Positions 20,377-30,929 of a stretch of 64,000 nt of DNA are shown piece by piece. The stretch comes from Acidobacteriota bacterium (GTDB lineage: Bacteria; Acidobacteriota; UBA890; WLXD01). Numbering within the stretch: the stretch's first letter is position 1; each line of letters begins with the position of its first letter. Where the stretch lies: assembly GCA_965205505.1 (NCBI GenBank), contig CBDBHB010000004.1:18206-82205 (forward strand). Reading direction: 5' to 3'. The translations under genes were made by a program, and so were the position numbers. The notes beneath the pieces were generated by a model. The model was given only the letters and a program-made list of their open reading frames with translations, ran no database searches and had not been told where the DNA came from.

Positions 20377-21843
20377 CTAGTCCGTCGGGCAAGCTCCCGA
20401 CGCCGGGCGCAGAACGGCCCACACCGCCGGCCCCAGGACCATCCCTCGACGATGCGCACCCAGCCAGGCGGTCAGTGCCTCGTCGGTGCGACCGGACGCG
20501 TGCAGGCCGAGCACCCAGGTGCGGTGCCAGACGAGGTCATCGGCTCCCCCGGCTCGGGCGCGCTCGAGTTGCTGGATGGCCCCCGAGGCATCGCCCGACG
20601 CCAATAGCGCCCTGGCCAGCCCAATGACCGAGCCTACGTCCTGCGGATCGACCTGCAGCGCGGCGCGGTATTCGCGCTCCGCCGCGACCGGATCGCCCGC
20701 CAGACGCAGGTATTCGTCGCCCAGCTCACGGTGCTCGCGCCCGTCCGAGAGCTGCTTAAAGGTGCGTAGGTGCACGAGGCCCTCGGGGTCACCGCGTCGC
20801 CGCAGCACCGTGCCCAGGTCGAAGTGCCCCTGGACGTTGCGCGGTGCCACCTGCAGGAGCGCGCGGGCGACGCGCTCGGCCTCGTCGAGCCTGCCGAGCT
20901 TGATGAGTATCTTGGCCTGGAGCTCCAGCGCACCGACGCGCAACGCACCGACGCCGCGCTCGAGCGTCGTTGAGGCGCCGGCAATCGTCGCGATCGCCTG
21001 TTCGATCACGGCAAGCGCTTCCTCGCCACGGCCCTGATACAGCAGCGCCTCGGTGTAGGGCAGCTGCACCGCAGGGTCGCCGGGCTGCCGGCGCAGGGCT
21101 TCCTGGAGGACCTTCTCGGCGGCCTCGAACCTCTGCACGTTGAACAGGTGATACCCGAGCGCCACCCGCCCGGCCACCACGTCTGGGGCCAGATCGACGG
21201 CTCGCCGGTAGGCCGCTTCGGCGGCCTCGTTGTCGAACGCGGCGGCGAGCGCATCGCCGCGGCGCTGCCACAGCCCGGGTCGATCGGGGGTGATCTCGAC
21301 GGCGAGCGCCAACCACTCGGCAGCCTCACGAGCGTTGCCCGCCTCCGAAGCAAGCTCGGCGGCCCTCAGCTCCGGCCCTGTCCATCGGGGGGTGACGGCG
21401 GAGAGGTTCGCGAGCCTCCGCCGTGCTTCGGAGACGGCACCGATGCGATAACAGACCTCGGCACGTTGGTACTCCGCCGGCCGCAGATCCGGGCGCGACT
21501 CCAGGGCCAGCGTCAGCTCGGTCCAAGCGTCGGCCCATCGGTCTTGTGCGAACCTGACCAGCCCGAGCTGGTATCGCACCGCGCCCGGGTCAGCGCTCCC
21601 CGGAAGCGCCGACTGCAGCTCGCCGGCGGCCCGCTCCAGCTGTCCGACGGCCAGCAGCGCGCGGCCGAGATGAAATCGCGTCGCGGCGCTGTGCGGATCG
21701 AGGCGCAGCGCCGCCTCGAGCTCGACGAGGGCGGCGGTCGCTTGATTTTGCTGCAACAACTCGATGCCGCTGGCCAGATGCTCGGCCGCCGATTGACCGA
21801 GCCCACCGAGCAGGCCCGCGACGAGAGCCCAGCGCAGCATCAT
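20377..21843 (-). CDS. Secreted TPR protein
   Basis: Signal peptide and multiple TPRs ('ALRLDPHSAATRFHLGRAL'). Confidence 0.8.
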   Translation of the reverse strand: MMLRWALVAGLLGGLGQSAAEHLASGIELLQQNQATAALVELEAALRLDPHSAATRFHLGRALLAVGQLERAAGELQSALPGSADPGAVRYQLGLVRFAQDRWADAWTELTLALESRPDLRPAEYQRAEVCYRIGAVSEARRRLANLSAVTPRWTGPELRAAELASEAGNAREAAEWLALAVEITPDRPGLWQRRGDALAAAFDNEAAEAAYRRAVDLAPDVVAGRVALGYHLFNVQRFEAAEKVLQEALRRQPGDPAVQLPYTEALLYQGRGEEALAVIEQAIATIAGASTTLERGVGALRVGALELQAKILIKLGRLDEAERVARALLQVAPRNVQGHFDLGTVLRRRGDPEGLVHLRTFKQLSDGREHRELGDEYLRLAGDPVAAEREYRAALQVDPQDVGSVIGLARALLASGDASGAIQQLERARAGGADDLVWHRTWVLGLHASGRTDEALTAWLGAHRRGMVLGPAVWAVLRPASGACPTD

Positions 21844-23573
21844 TCCTCTGTCCGCACCACGACACCGTAGTGCTCGTCCACCACAAGTCGGCCGGGCTGT
21901 TGCTCAGGCAGCTGCATGGTCTCGCCAGCGGGCCAACGGATCTCGACGCCGTCTGCAACTCCGGATGGGAGGTAGAACAACAGGCGGGCATCGTTGGCGC
22001 CGACGTAACCATCGCTGTCGCGCAGCTGAATTCGCTGCTCGATGGCGCCCGATCGCACGATCACGTCGGCTCCGTAACCGGAGCGGTTCGATCGGCGGCC
22101 GACGAGGGTGATCCTCAGCGCCGCGTGCGCCATCGACGTGTCGTTGCGGATCAATGTGGGGCGCGCATCGATGTTGGTCACCAGCAGATCGAGATCGCCG
22201 TCGTTGTCGAAGTCACCTCGCACCGCGCCCCGCGACGACTCTCGGATCGCCAAGGCATCGCCGGCCACCGCAATAACCGTTGCGAAATCCGCCGTTCCCG
22301 ACTCGCGCAGCTGATTCACATACAGCGAGTTGAGCTGCCGGTACGGCTCGATCCCGCGCGCCTCGACGGCAGGGTGAATATGCCCGTTGGCGACGAACAG
22401 ATCCTGGTCGGCGTCGCCATCGATGTCGAGAAACAGCGCCGACCACCCCATGTACGGGAAGCTGCTGGCAGCCAGCCTGCGCAGGTCGGTCTCGTCCTGA
22501 AAGATGCAATCGCCGAGGTTGCGGTAGAGCGTGTTGTGGTCGTTGTGGAAGTTGGTGACGTACAGGTCAAGCTGTCCGTCACCGTCGAAGTCAGCGCTGG
22601 TCACCCCCATGCCCGCCTGCTCGCGACCGTCGGCACTGTACCCGGCGCCGGACAGTAGTCCCTGCTCGTCGATCTCGCCACCCGGAGTGCGTCGGTACAG
22701 GAGGTTCATCGTCGAGTCGTTGGCGACGTAGATCTCCGACAGCCCGTCATCGTCGCAGTCGATGGCAGCCAGCGCCAGCCCATAGCCGGCAGCCGGATCG
22801 ATTCGATCCGACATCCAGGCCGTAAACGTACCGTCGCCGAGATTGCGGTACAGCAGGTCGCGCTGTCCGACCAGCCCTTCGGGGCCGCAGAATGCCTCGA
22901 CGCCGAGGTACGAGCAGCGACCCTCGCCCCGCGCCGGCACTGAGGTCACCTCGAGGTCAACATAGCGAGCGACATAAAGATCCAGGTAGCCGTCACCATC
23001 CCAATCCGTGAAGGTGGCGGAGGCACCCCAGCCGGGATCCTCCGCCCCGTTGGACCAGACCGCGAAGGTCCCGTCACCGTTGTTGCGATACAGCCGGTCG
23101 GTGCCGATGGCGGCGATGAACAGGTCTGGCCAGCCGTCGTTGTCGACGTCGCCCCAGGTAACGCCGGTGCCCCATACGACCTCGCGTACTCCGGCGGAGC
23201 TCGGCGCCTCGCGAAACGCCTGCCCATCGCCGCGGTACAGGCGGTGTCCCTCACCGCGTCGGCCCGCGGCCAATGCCGGATGCACGCCCGGGTGGGCGGC
23301 CGGCACCTGGATGAGAGCTCCCGCCGACTCGGATAGCGCGTTCACCAGCACGACGTCGAGGTTGCCGTCGACGTCGAAGTCCACGAACGCCGCCCCGGAG
23401 CCAGTCGACTCGGTGATGTAGGACTTCTCGAGGCTGCCGAAGCTCTGCACCAGGTCGAGGCCCGAGTTGGCCACTGTACGGAGATTCAACGCCTGGGCAA
23501 GCAGCCCGGACGGCGCCGCGGTGAGGGCCAAGGACGCCGCTACGAGGAGCCCAGCGCCGCGGCTAGCCGCCAT
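21840..23573 (-). CDS. CRTAC1-family FG-GAP / ASPIC-UnbV protein
   Basis: Repeated D.D.DG..D motifs, 'GMGV..ADFDGDG..DLYVTNF', 'SSRG...GDFDNDGDLD', 'VEIRWP'. Confidence 0.85.
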   Translation of the reverse strand: MAASRGAGLLVAASLALTAAPSGLLAQALNLRTVANSGLDLVQSFGSLEKSYITESTGSGAAFVDFDVDGNLDVVLVNALSESAGALIQVPAAHPGVHPALAAGRRGEGHRLYRGDGQAFREAPSSAGVREVVWGTGVTWGDVDNDGWPDLFIAAIGTDRLYRNNGDGTFAVWSNGAEDPGWGASATFTDWDGDGYLDLYVARYVDLEVTSVPARGEGRCSYLGVEAFCGPEGLVGQRDLLYRNLGDGTFTAWMSDRIDPAAGYGLALAAIDCDDDGLSEIYVANDSTMNLLYRRTPGGEIDEQGLLSGAGYSADGREQAGMGVTSADFDGDGQLDLYVTNFHNDHNTLYRNLGDCIFQDETDLRRLAASSFPYMGWSALFLDIDGDADQDLFVANGHIHPAVEARGIEPYRQLNSLYVNQLRESGTADFATVIAVAGDALAIRESSRGAVRGDFDNDGDLDLLVTNIDARPTLIRNDTSMAHAALRITLVGRRSNRSGYGADVIVRSGAIEQRIQLRDSDGYVGANDARLLFYLPSGVADGVEIRWPAGETMQLPEQQPGRLVVDEHYGVVVRTEE

Positions 23574-25920
23574 CGATCTGCTGGCGCAGCTGCTGGCCTC
23601 GACGCGCCCATTCCTGCGCCCGCGCCGCCTGCCCTGTTCGGTTGTACAGATCGGCGAGCAGAAAATAACCGAGCGCCATGTCGGGCTTATCGAGTTGCTC
23701 CGCGATCGCCCCCTCGACCATCTCGATGGCGCGCTGCAGGTCGCCGCCGCGCCGTAGCATCAGGCGTGCCATGAAGAGGTTGCCCTGTGCAAAGTCGGCG
23801 TCGAGCTCGAGCACGCGCTGCAACTGCCTGTGCTCGTCGTTCTCACGCCCCATCTTTCGGTAGACCATCGCCAGGTTGAAGTGGGCGGCGACGTCGTCGG
23901 GAACGGTCTCGAGCTCCTGCAGATACTCGCGCACCGCTGCCGCCGGCTCGCCGCGCTGGTCGTGAATCTCGGCCAGCACCGCGTGCACCCCGATCAGCCG
24001 ATCGTTGAGCTCGAGAGCGGCACGCGCGTAGCTTTCGGCGTCGTCGAGACGGTCGAGATGGAAGTACACCTGCGCCAGGCCCCCGCGCGACGACGACCCG
24101 TCGGGATTGAGCTCCAGGCATCGCAGGAACGCGGCTATCGCGTCGTCGAGATCGCCCTGGCGCTTGAGAACGTCGCCAAGGAGAAAGTACAGCTGGGCGT
24201 TGTCGCCCACCAGCTCCAGGCCGTCCCGAACGGTCTTCTCGGCCTCTTCGAGGCGCCGCAGACCGACCAGGGCGTCGGAGGCGAAGATGTAGGCGTACGG
24301 ATCATCGGGCTTGAGCGGGATGGAGGCGCTGTAGGCGTCGACCGCCTCCTCCAGGCGTCCCTGCTGGAAGTAGAGCTCGCCCAGCGTGTGGTACGCGTCG
24401 ACAATGCCCGGGTCTTCTGCCAGCACCTCGCGCAGCAGGCGCTCGGCCTCGGCGAACTCGTCGCGGTTCATCGCCTGCCTTGCTTCGAGCGACTTGTTGT
24501 AGATCTCGATCTTGGTGCGCGGGCTGGGCAGATCCGAGCCATCGTCGTCGATCGCCTGGAAGGTCCCGACGTAGCCGAGGCTGACGAGCTTGCGTCGCGT
24601 CTCCTCGTCCAGCTCGCCGGCGGTCGACGGGCTGGCACCGACACTCCAGGTGGCGATCCGCTCTTGCGCAACACGAGTCATCTCGAAAACGACCGTGTTC
24701 AGGGTACCGGCCAGGTCGTGCCGCTCGTCCGGATCTTCGATCAGGTCGTAGAGCTCCGGGTCCGACGACAGGATGAGCTTGTAGCGCTCGTCGCGCAGCG
24801 CCCGCAGATCGCTCCAACCGTAGTGCAACCGTGCGTACCAGCTCTCGGAGTAGATATATCGCTTCTCGGGCTCATTGCCGGGGCCGGTGCCCGGCTCGAG
24901 CAACGGCGCCAGGCTGCGACCCTGGAACTCGAGGCCGGGCTCGATCCCGATGATCTCGAGCACCGTCGGCATGACGTCGACAATCGACACTGTCTCGGAA
25001 CGTCGCTGACCGCCGTAGTTACCGAAGGGGACGCGCATGATGAGCGGCACGTGCGTTGCCTCGTCGTATATGAAGAAACCGTGCTGCGCTTCGCCGTGGC
25101 CCCCGAGGCTCTCGCCGTGGTCGGCGACGAGCACCAACAGCGTGCTGTCGAGCAACTCACGCTGGCGCAGCTCCTGCACCAACCGTCCGACTTGGGAGTC
25201 GGTGTAGGCGATCTCGCCCAGGTAGGGGCGACCGGGGTATTGCGACTTGTAGGGCTCCGGCGGATCGTAGGGGGCGTGCGGATCGTACATGTGCAGCCAC
25301 ATGAAGAAGGGCTGCTCGGAGGCCCGCTGGGAGGATTCCGGCGCCGGCTGATCGAGCCACTCGATCGCATAGTCGACCACTTGGCTCGCTGGACGCTGCA
25401 CGCTGCCCATGGCGATCACCCGCTGGCCGCGCACGTCGAAGTCGTCGACGTAGTGGTCGAACCCTTGATCGATGCGCCAGCGCCGATCGAGGACATAGGC
25501 CGCTACGAAGCCCCCTGTGCGGTAGCCGGCGGCTCCCAAGACCTCCGCCAGGGTCTCGGCCTCCTCGGGGACGAGATAGCCGCCGTTGTCGATGACGCCA
25601 TGCAGCAGCGGGTAGTTGCCGGTGAACAGCGACGTGTGTGCCGGCAGCGTCAGCGGCGTGGTCGAGTGGGCGTTCTCGAACAGCACCCCGTCGCGCGCCA
25701 GGCCATCGATCGCCGGCGTCGAGATATCGCTGAAGCCGTAAGCACCGAGGCGGTCGGCGCGCAGCGTGTCCAGGGTCACCACCACCACGTTGTAGGGGCC
25801 TTCGCCACGTGCATCGGCGACGCTGCCCGACGGTGACCCGCCGCTGCATCCGACGGCGCACCAGGCGAGCAGCGTGACCGCAAACCGAGCCCGGGTTGTG
25901 CCGCTGCGCTGTGACGCCAT
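23563..25920 (-). CDS. Sulfatase-like hydrolase with C-terminal TPRs (lipoprotein-like)
   Basis: 'NVVVVTLDTLRAD', 'PLTLPAHTSLFTG', 'HMYDPH.PY', 'ADHGE'. Start codon uncertain. Confidence 0.85.
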   Translation of the reverse strand: MASQRSGTTRARFAVTLLAWCAVGCSGGSPSGSVADARGEGPYNVVVVTLDTLRADRLGAYGFSDISTPAIDGLARDGVLFENAHSTTPLTLPAHTSLFTGNYPLLHGVIDNGGYLVPEEAETLAEVLGAAGYRTGGFVAAYVLDRRWRIDQGFDHYVDDFDVRGQRVIAMGSVQRPASQVVDYAIEWLDQPAPESSQRASEQPFFMWLHMYDPHAPYDPPEPYKSQYPGRPYLGEIAYTDSQVGRLVQELRQRELLDSTLLVLVADHGESLGGHGEAQHGFFIYDEATHVPLIMRVPFGNYGGQRRSETVSIVDVMPTVLEIIGIEPGLEFQGRSLAPLLEPGTGPGNEPEKRYIYSESWYARLHYGWSDLRALRDERYKLILSSDPELYDLIEDPDERHDLAGTLNTVVFEMTRVAQERIATWSVGASPSTAGELDEETRRKLVSLGYVGTFQAIDDDGSDLPSPRTKIEIYNKSLEARQAMNRDEFAEAERLLREVLAEDPGIVDAYHTLGELYFQQGRLEEAVDAYSASIPLKPDDPYAYIFASDALVGLRRLEEAEKTVRDGLELVGDNAQLYFLLGDVLKRQGDLDDAIAAFLRCLELNPDGSSSRGGLAQVYFHLDRLDDAESYARAALELNDRLIGVHAVLAEIHDQRGEPAAAVREYLQELETVPDDVAAHFNLAMVYRKMGRENDEHRQLQRVLELDADFAQGNLFMARLMLRRGGDLQRAIEMVEGAIAEQLDKPDMALGYFLLADLYNRTGQAARAQEWARRGQQLRQQIDGG

Positions 25921-26012
25921 CGCTGGTGGCCTGCAACAGGGAACGGTGAGTCCGGTGGTCAGGGATCGGGTGTCACCAGCGAGGCGTACCGGGGCCCTGC
26001 CCAAAACAAGTA

Positions 26013-26040
26013 CGGGGGGACGGATCGCTCCGTCCCCCCG
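26013..26040 (-). terminator. Rho-independent terminator / stabilising hairpin after the TonB receptor gene
   Basis: 12-bp perfect stem CGGGGGGACGGA/TCCGTCCCCCCG, followed on the minus strand by TACTTGTTTT. Confidence 0.75.
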
Positions 26041-26077
26041 GTATCTTGCCGCGAACTCGCGGTCAGGCCTAGAAGCC

Positions 26078-28912
26078 CTAGAAGTTCACGATGAATCCAA
26101 GCCGGATGTTGCGCGGGAAGCGTAGGTTCCGGGTCGCCCCGAAGGCACGTGACGGGTTGTCGTTGAAGGGGTCGTCCTCGGTTCGGACCCTCGTTATGGT
26201 ACCGGAGTTGAAGACGTTGAACACGTCCGCCATGACGCGCAGCTGCGCCCGCCCGATGGGGTACCGCCCCTCGACTCGGAGATCGAGGTTGACCTGCGTC
26301 GGAGTACGCCGGGAGCCGCGTGGCTCGACGAAGACGCCGCGGTTACGCCCGGTAAAGTCCACATCGCGGAAGCGGAGACTACGCTGATAGGGCATACCGG
26401 ACTGGATCCAGAAGAACCCGCCGACCGCGATATGGCTGCCGATCCGCGCGCTTCCGGTTGCCTTGATGTTGTGCGGCCGGTCGCCTTGTAACGGGCCGTC
26501 CGCGTTGAAGTGGTTGTTGGGGTTTCTCCAGTTACGCGACGGTCCGAGCGACGATCCGCGCCCGTTCTCGAACGCGGTGTCGTCGGTGCCCTTCGTCCGA
26601 CCGTAGAAGTACGACAGGTTCGCGCTCCAGCCGTCGGAGAACCGCTTCTCGAGGGTCAGGCCCACGCCGTCGTACCTTCGCGACTGGCTGAAGCCGTTGA
26701 AGTCGAACGGGAACAGGATCGGCAGCCGCTCCGGGTTCGTGTTCAGAAAGTCCGATTCGTCCACGTTCGTCTGATCCCACAGCTGGTAGCTCTCCCCGGT
26801 ACCCGAAGGGGTTTGGTCATCGACTCCGGTGAGGTTTCGGAATATGCCGTTGCCCAGGCGGTAGTCCATGAAGTCCTTGGTCCGCCGGTTGATGTAGGTG
26901 AGCTCGACGCCGACCGTTCGGCTCAGCTGGCGCTCGAGACCGACGCTGAACTCGTTGAAGTAGCTCATCCGCAGGTTCGGGTCGATCGGTGTGAGCGGCG
27001 ACTGGAACTCGGTGAACTCGAGCTCGTACTCGGTGCCGTTCCAGAAGAAGCCCTGGAATATCGACTCGCCCGGCGCCAGGTACATGCTGGTGATGATCTG
27101 CGAATAGTACTTGCCGTAGTGTCCCTTCAGGGCCGTCGTACCGTCGCCCAAAAGGTCATAGGTAAGGCCTATACGTGGTGCGAACCCGGTCTTCGGCTTG
27201 AAGGGGGTACCGAAATCATCCGTAACCGCCGGAATGCCGGTGGCGGCGCCCCGATCCGTGACTGCTGAGCCCTGCCAGGAAGTAATGCGTACGCCGGGGT
27301 TGATCGTCAGGCGATCGCCGGCGAGCGTCCAGGCATCCTGCGCGAAGAACGCGATCGTCCGGTTCTTGGGCTGATCGTTCTGGCTCGGCAGCTCGTACTT
27401 GTAGAGCGGCTCGCCGGCATAGTCGACGTAGAACGCCCCGCCGGTGTACCCGGTATGGGTGCGCGTCGGATCGCTCGACGACTGGAACCCCGCCTTGAAG
27501 TCGTGCGAGCCGCCGAGGAACTCGTCGGCGTAGTGACTGATCGAGGCGTTCAGCTGATAGCGGTTCCGGGTGCGATCGAAGAAGAAGCCCGGGCTCTCGC
27601 TCAGCAGGCCGGTGGCCTCGTCGAAGTGAGCAGGAGGCAGAAGACCGGCCGTGTCGGTGTTCGGGTTGATGTCCGTCGCGCCCGGGTAGTCGGAGCTGGC
27701 GTTGGCGGCCAGACCGGCGTGAACCTCGAGCACCGTGTCGGGGTTGAAAATGCGCAGATAGTCGGCGAAGTAAGTATCCCACTTCCCAAACGGCTGCTGA
27801 ACCGACTCCGGCGAAACGAACAGGTCGGCCGGGTCGATTCCGGCCTCGCGCTCGAACGCGATGCTCCCCTGCAGCCTGTCCTTGTCCGACATTTGCCAGG
27901 AAAGCTTGCCGAACACCGCCCAGCGGCGGTTGAACCCCTCGGTGCCGCCCGAGACCTCGGTCGCCTCGGTCGACTTGGAGCGACGATACGAGCCGTAGCC
28001 CCAGAGAGTGTTGGCCGCCAGCGGACCACCGATGTCGATGTGCTGCTGGTTGTTGTTGTTGATTGTCTGGATGAACTGTGGGTCGTCGGAGTTCTGCGAG
28101 TTCCAGCCGTCGGCGCGCAAGAAGTAGTTCGCTGTGCCCTGCAGCCGCGGTCCACCGGACTTGGTCACCAGGTTCATGACCATGCCGCTATAGCCACCGA
28201 CCTCTGCCGGGGCGCCAACACCACCGAACGACGCCTCGGCGACGTTGTCGACGTCCATCTGCATCTCGACTTCGCCACCCTCGGCGGAGTTCACCAGCAC
28301 GCCGTCGTAGGAGAATTGGGTCCCCTGATTCGTACCGCCTAGCGCCGACCCGCCGCGACCTGAGGCACTGCCGGAGCTGCGCGTTCTACCGAGGTTGGCA
28401 CCCGGTGCCATGCCGAGAAAGTCCGACGCACCGCTGTTGCTGCGGTTGGCCGGCAGCGCATCGAGGTACTCGTCGCTGAACGTGGTGGTGTTGGAGGAAG
28501 AGCCCCTCACATCGACCAACGGCGCCTCACCGGTGACCGTGACGGTCTCCGTCACACCGCCGATCTCCATGGTGAAGTTGACCGCCAAGGTGGCGCCCAT
28601 GCTCACCCGGACGTCGTTCTGCTGCATCGGGCCGAAGCCCTCCAGCACCGCGTCGACCGTGTAGAGCCCGGGCGGCAGTGCCGGCGCTCTGTAGCGTCCG
28701 TCGACTCCGGTGACCATGACGCTCGGCGTCATCAGCACCGGGCCGGAAACGGTCACGGTCACACCAGGTAGTGGTGCGCCGTCAGGGTCCGCAATGGTCC
28801 CGTTCAGCGTGCCGGTACGGCCGGTGGCGCCCTGCGCCATGACGTTCGTCGGCGTGGTCAGCAGCAGGACAAGGGCTGCGGTAATGGGAATCAGCCAAAT
28901 AGCGCGTCGCAT
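26078..28912 (-). CDS. TonB-dependent receptor with carboxypeptidase-regulatory-like N-domain
   Basis: 'G.LNGTIADPDGAPLPGVTVTV', 'NLVTKSG', 'FAPRIG..YD', C-terminal F. RBS GAGGAG before the ATG at 28912. Confidence 0.9.
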   Translation of the reverse strand: MRRAIWLIPITAALVLLLTTPTNVMAQGATGRTGTLNGTIADPDGAPLPGVTVTVSGPVLMTPSVMVTGVDGRYRAPALPPGLYTVDAVLEGFGPMQQNDVRVSMGATLAVNFTMEIGGVTETVTVTGEAPLVDVRGSSSNTTTFSDEYLDALPANRSNSGASDFLGMAPGANLGRTRSSGSASGRGGSALGGTNQGTQFSYDGVLVNSAEGGEVEMQMDVDNVAEASFGGVGAPAEVGGYSGMVMNLVTKSGGPRLQGTANYFLRADGWNSQNSDDPQFIQTINNNNQQHIDIGGPLAANTLWGYGSYRRSKSTEATEVSGGTEGFNRRWAVFGKLSWQMSDKDRLQGSIAFEREAGIDPADLFVSPESVQQPFGKWDTYFADYLRIFNPDTVLEVHAGLAANASSDYPGATDINPNTDTAGLLPPAHFDEATGLLSESPGFFFDRTRNRYQLNASISHYADEFLGGSHDFKAGFQSSSDPTRTHTGYTGGAFYVDYAGEPLYKYELPSQNDQPKNRTIAFFAQDAWTLAGDRLTINPGVRITSWQGSAVTDRGAATGIPAVTDDFGTPFKPKTGFAPRIGLTYDLLGDGTTALKGHYGKYYSQIITSMYLAPGESIFQGFFWNGTEYELEFTEFQSPLTPIDPNLRMSYFNEFSVGLERQLSRTVGVELTYINRRTKDFMDYRLGNGIFRNLTGVDDQTPSGTGESYQLWDQTNVDESDFLNTNPERLPILFPFDFNGFSQSRRYDGVGLTLEKRFSDGWSANLSYFYGRTKGTDDTAFENGRGSSLGPSRNWRNPNNHFNADGPLQGDRPHNIKATGSARIGSHIAVGGFFWIQSGMPYQRSLRFRDVDFTGRNRGVFVEPRGSRRTPTQVNLDLRVEGRYPIGRAQLRVMADVFNVFNSGTITRVRTEDDPFNDNPSRAFGATRNLRFPRNIRLGFIVNF

Positions 28913-28959
28913 GTGAGCTCTCCTCGATGGGGCTGCGGGCAACGTTGGTGGAGTGTGAT

Positions 28960-29736
28960 TTACGGGGTTCCGTCTCGGGCGTGCCGGTCGCCCGGATTCT
29001 CGGAGTCCTCTACCGACGCGGTGGTCGGCTCAGGCTCCATCGGCAGGCCATCGCCGGCCGGACGCATCTTAGCGTACAACCAGCTGTTGGTTTGGTACTC
29101 GTGATAGGTCTTCGAACGGTTCTCCTTCAGCACCTCTATGGCACGCTCGAAGCCGCCGGCTTGGATGGCGTCGAGTATCTGGTCGTGCTGCTCGATCGAC
29201 TCGGTCCATTCGCTGATGTGCGAGAACGCCCAGATCTCCAGGCTCTTCACCTTGGAGCGGAGCTCGTCGAGCATACGCAGCAAGCGATCATTGCCCGAGC
29301 CGGCTGAAAGGAGGTGGTGAAACTCGTGGTTCACAGCGATGCCAGCTTTGATGTCCTGCTCGGCGAACGCGTCGCGATAGCTCCGGTTCACTTCCCGAAG
29401 CTCCTCCAGAGCGTCGGCGTCCAGCCGCGGGAACGACTCCTCTGCGGCCAACACCTCCAGCGCGCACATGATCGGGTAGAACTCGGCGAGGTCGGCGGCA
29501 GATTCCTCGGGCACCCGAAAACCGCGATGGGGAATGCGCTGCAGAAACCCTTCGGACGCAAGACGACCCAGCGCCTCTCGCACCGGCGTGCGACTGACCT
29601 GCAGTCGCTCGCTCACGTCTTGTTCCCGAATGAATTCACCAGGCTTCAGGCTCGCGGCCAACACGCGATCTCGGAGGATTTGATAGACCTGATCGGTCAG
29701 CGTAGCGGTACGCAGGAGCGGCCAAGTCTCACTCAA
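28960..29736 (-). CDS. GntR-family regulator (FCD domain)
   Basis: 'LTDQVYQILRD...VSRTPVREAL..L..EG', 'NHEFH', 'EQHDQIL'. Confidence 0.9.
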   Translation of the reverse strand: MSETWPLLRTATLTDQVYQILRDRVLAASLKPGEFIREQDVSERLQVSRTPVREALGRLASEGFLQRIPHRGFRVPEESAADLAEFYPIMCALEVLAAEESFPRLDADALEELREVNRSYRDAFAEQDIKAGIAVNHEFHHLLSAGSGNDRLLRMLDELRSKVKSLEIWAFSHISEWTESIEQHDQILDAIQAGGFERAIEVLKENRSKTYHEYQTNSWLYAKMRPAGDGLPMEPEPTTASVEDSENPGDRHARDGTP

Positions 29737-29978
29737 GAACTGCCCATAGTGTATGGAATATTGTATGCAGTATTCGATTAGCCATAAAGCTAACGAACCT
29801 TAACACCCCATGTAAAGGGGTGTGGCCCGAAATCTTGACGATAATCCTGACGATTGCTAACGATGCGCGTGCGAATAGCGCCGCATGTAGTGGAGTGTAG
29901 CCCGTTCCGTCGTCGCTGCCTGTTGCATACTGACTACCGCGACACTGATGGACTGTACCGGTCCGGCAAACCTGAAGC

Positions 29979-30929
29979 ATGGCGGGGATCAATCTTCGAA
30001 TGGCGGTCAAAATCGGCATTGTCGGCTGGGGGGAGATCGCGCGCCGACACGCCGATCAGGTGCGACGCGCCGGGGCGCGCCTGGCCGGAGTCGTGGCGCG
30101 GCGGCGTCCCGCAGATCTCGACGTGCCGTGGTTCGAATCGATCGAGCAGCTGCTGCCACACGTCGACGGCGTAACCATCGCGGTGCCCAACCACCTTCAC
30201 GCCAGCAGCTGTCTTGCCGCCGTACGGGCCGGGCGAGCCGTCATGGTCGAGAAGCCCCTGTTGATATCCGCCGCCGAGCTCGATGACCTCGAACGGGTGC
30301 TGCCGCGTGCCGACGTGCCCGTTCATGTCGGCTTTCGCCTGCGCTGGAACTCACTGCTCCAGGAGTTGCGCGACACACTACGGAACCCACGACGGATCGA
30401 GTGCTCGTACACGCTCGGAATCAATGAGCTCGCCGCGGGCAAGGACTGGACCCGACGCCGAGACCGCACCGGCGGCGCGTTCTTCACGCTGGGCGTCCAC
30501 GTGCTCGATCTGGCTCGCTGGTTGAGTCGTGCCGACGGTGAGCCGATGGCCGATCTGTGCGCCCGCGCCGACGGGTTGGGCGAAGGCGCCGACTACCCAC
30601 TTCGAGCCACCGTCAGCGGGCGCATGCACGGCATCCAGCTGCAAGCCACGACCGACACTCGCGGCAACCTGCCGCATCGACTCGACGTGCGCACCTGGCA
30701 ACGCACCGGCTCAGTGCCGCACCACATCTCGCTCGACGAAACCCACGAAGTGGTCGAATACGGCGCTTTGCTGCGCGATTTCGTGGAAGCAACGGCGGCG
30801 GGCCGTGTCGATCAACAGGCGGTGACCGAGTACCTGCAGACGCATCGCGAGCTGTTGCACGCCCGCGAGCTGGCCGCCCACCCCGATTCTGCTATCGCCC
30901 CGAAGAGCGGCGGAGTGCCGACCTCGTAA
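29979..30929 (+). CDS. Gfo/Idh/MocA oxidoreductase
   Basis: 'KIGIVGWG.IA', 'VEKP', 'GG....GVHVLD'. Confidence 0.85.
   Translation: MAGINLRMAVKIGIVGWGEIARRHADQVRRAGARLAGVVARRRPADLDVPWFESIEQLLPHVDGVTIAVPNHLHASSCLAAVRAGRAVMVEKPLLISAAELDDLERVLPRADVPVHVGFRLRWNSLLQELRDTLRNPRRIECSYTLGINELAAGKDWTRRRDRTGGAFFTLGVHVLDLARWLSRADGEPMADLCARADGLGEGADYPLRATVSGRMHGIQLQATTDTRGNLPHRLDVRTWQRTGSVPHHISLDETHEVVEYGALLRDFVEATAAGRVDQQAVTEYLQTHRELLHARELAAHPDSAIAPKSGGVPTS

Noticed and set aside
23830-25836. Long antisense ORFs (668 aa here; also 2477-4084, 34954-36357, 37465-38595)
   Set aside because: These are shadow frames of high-GC genes with no recognisable motifs.
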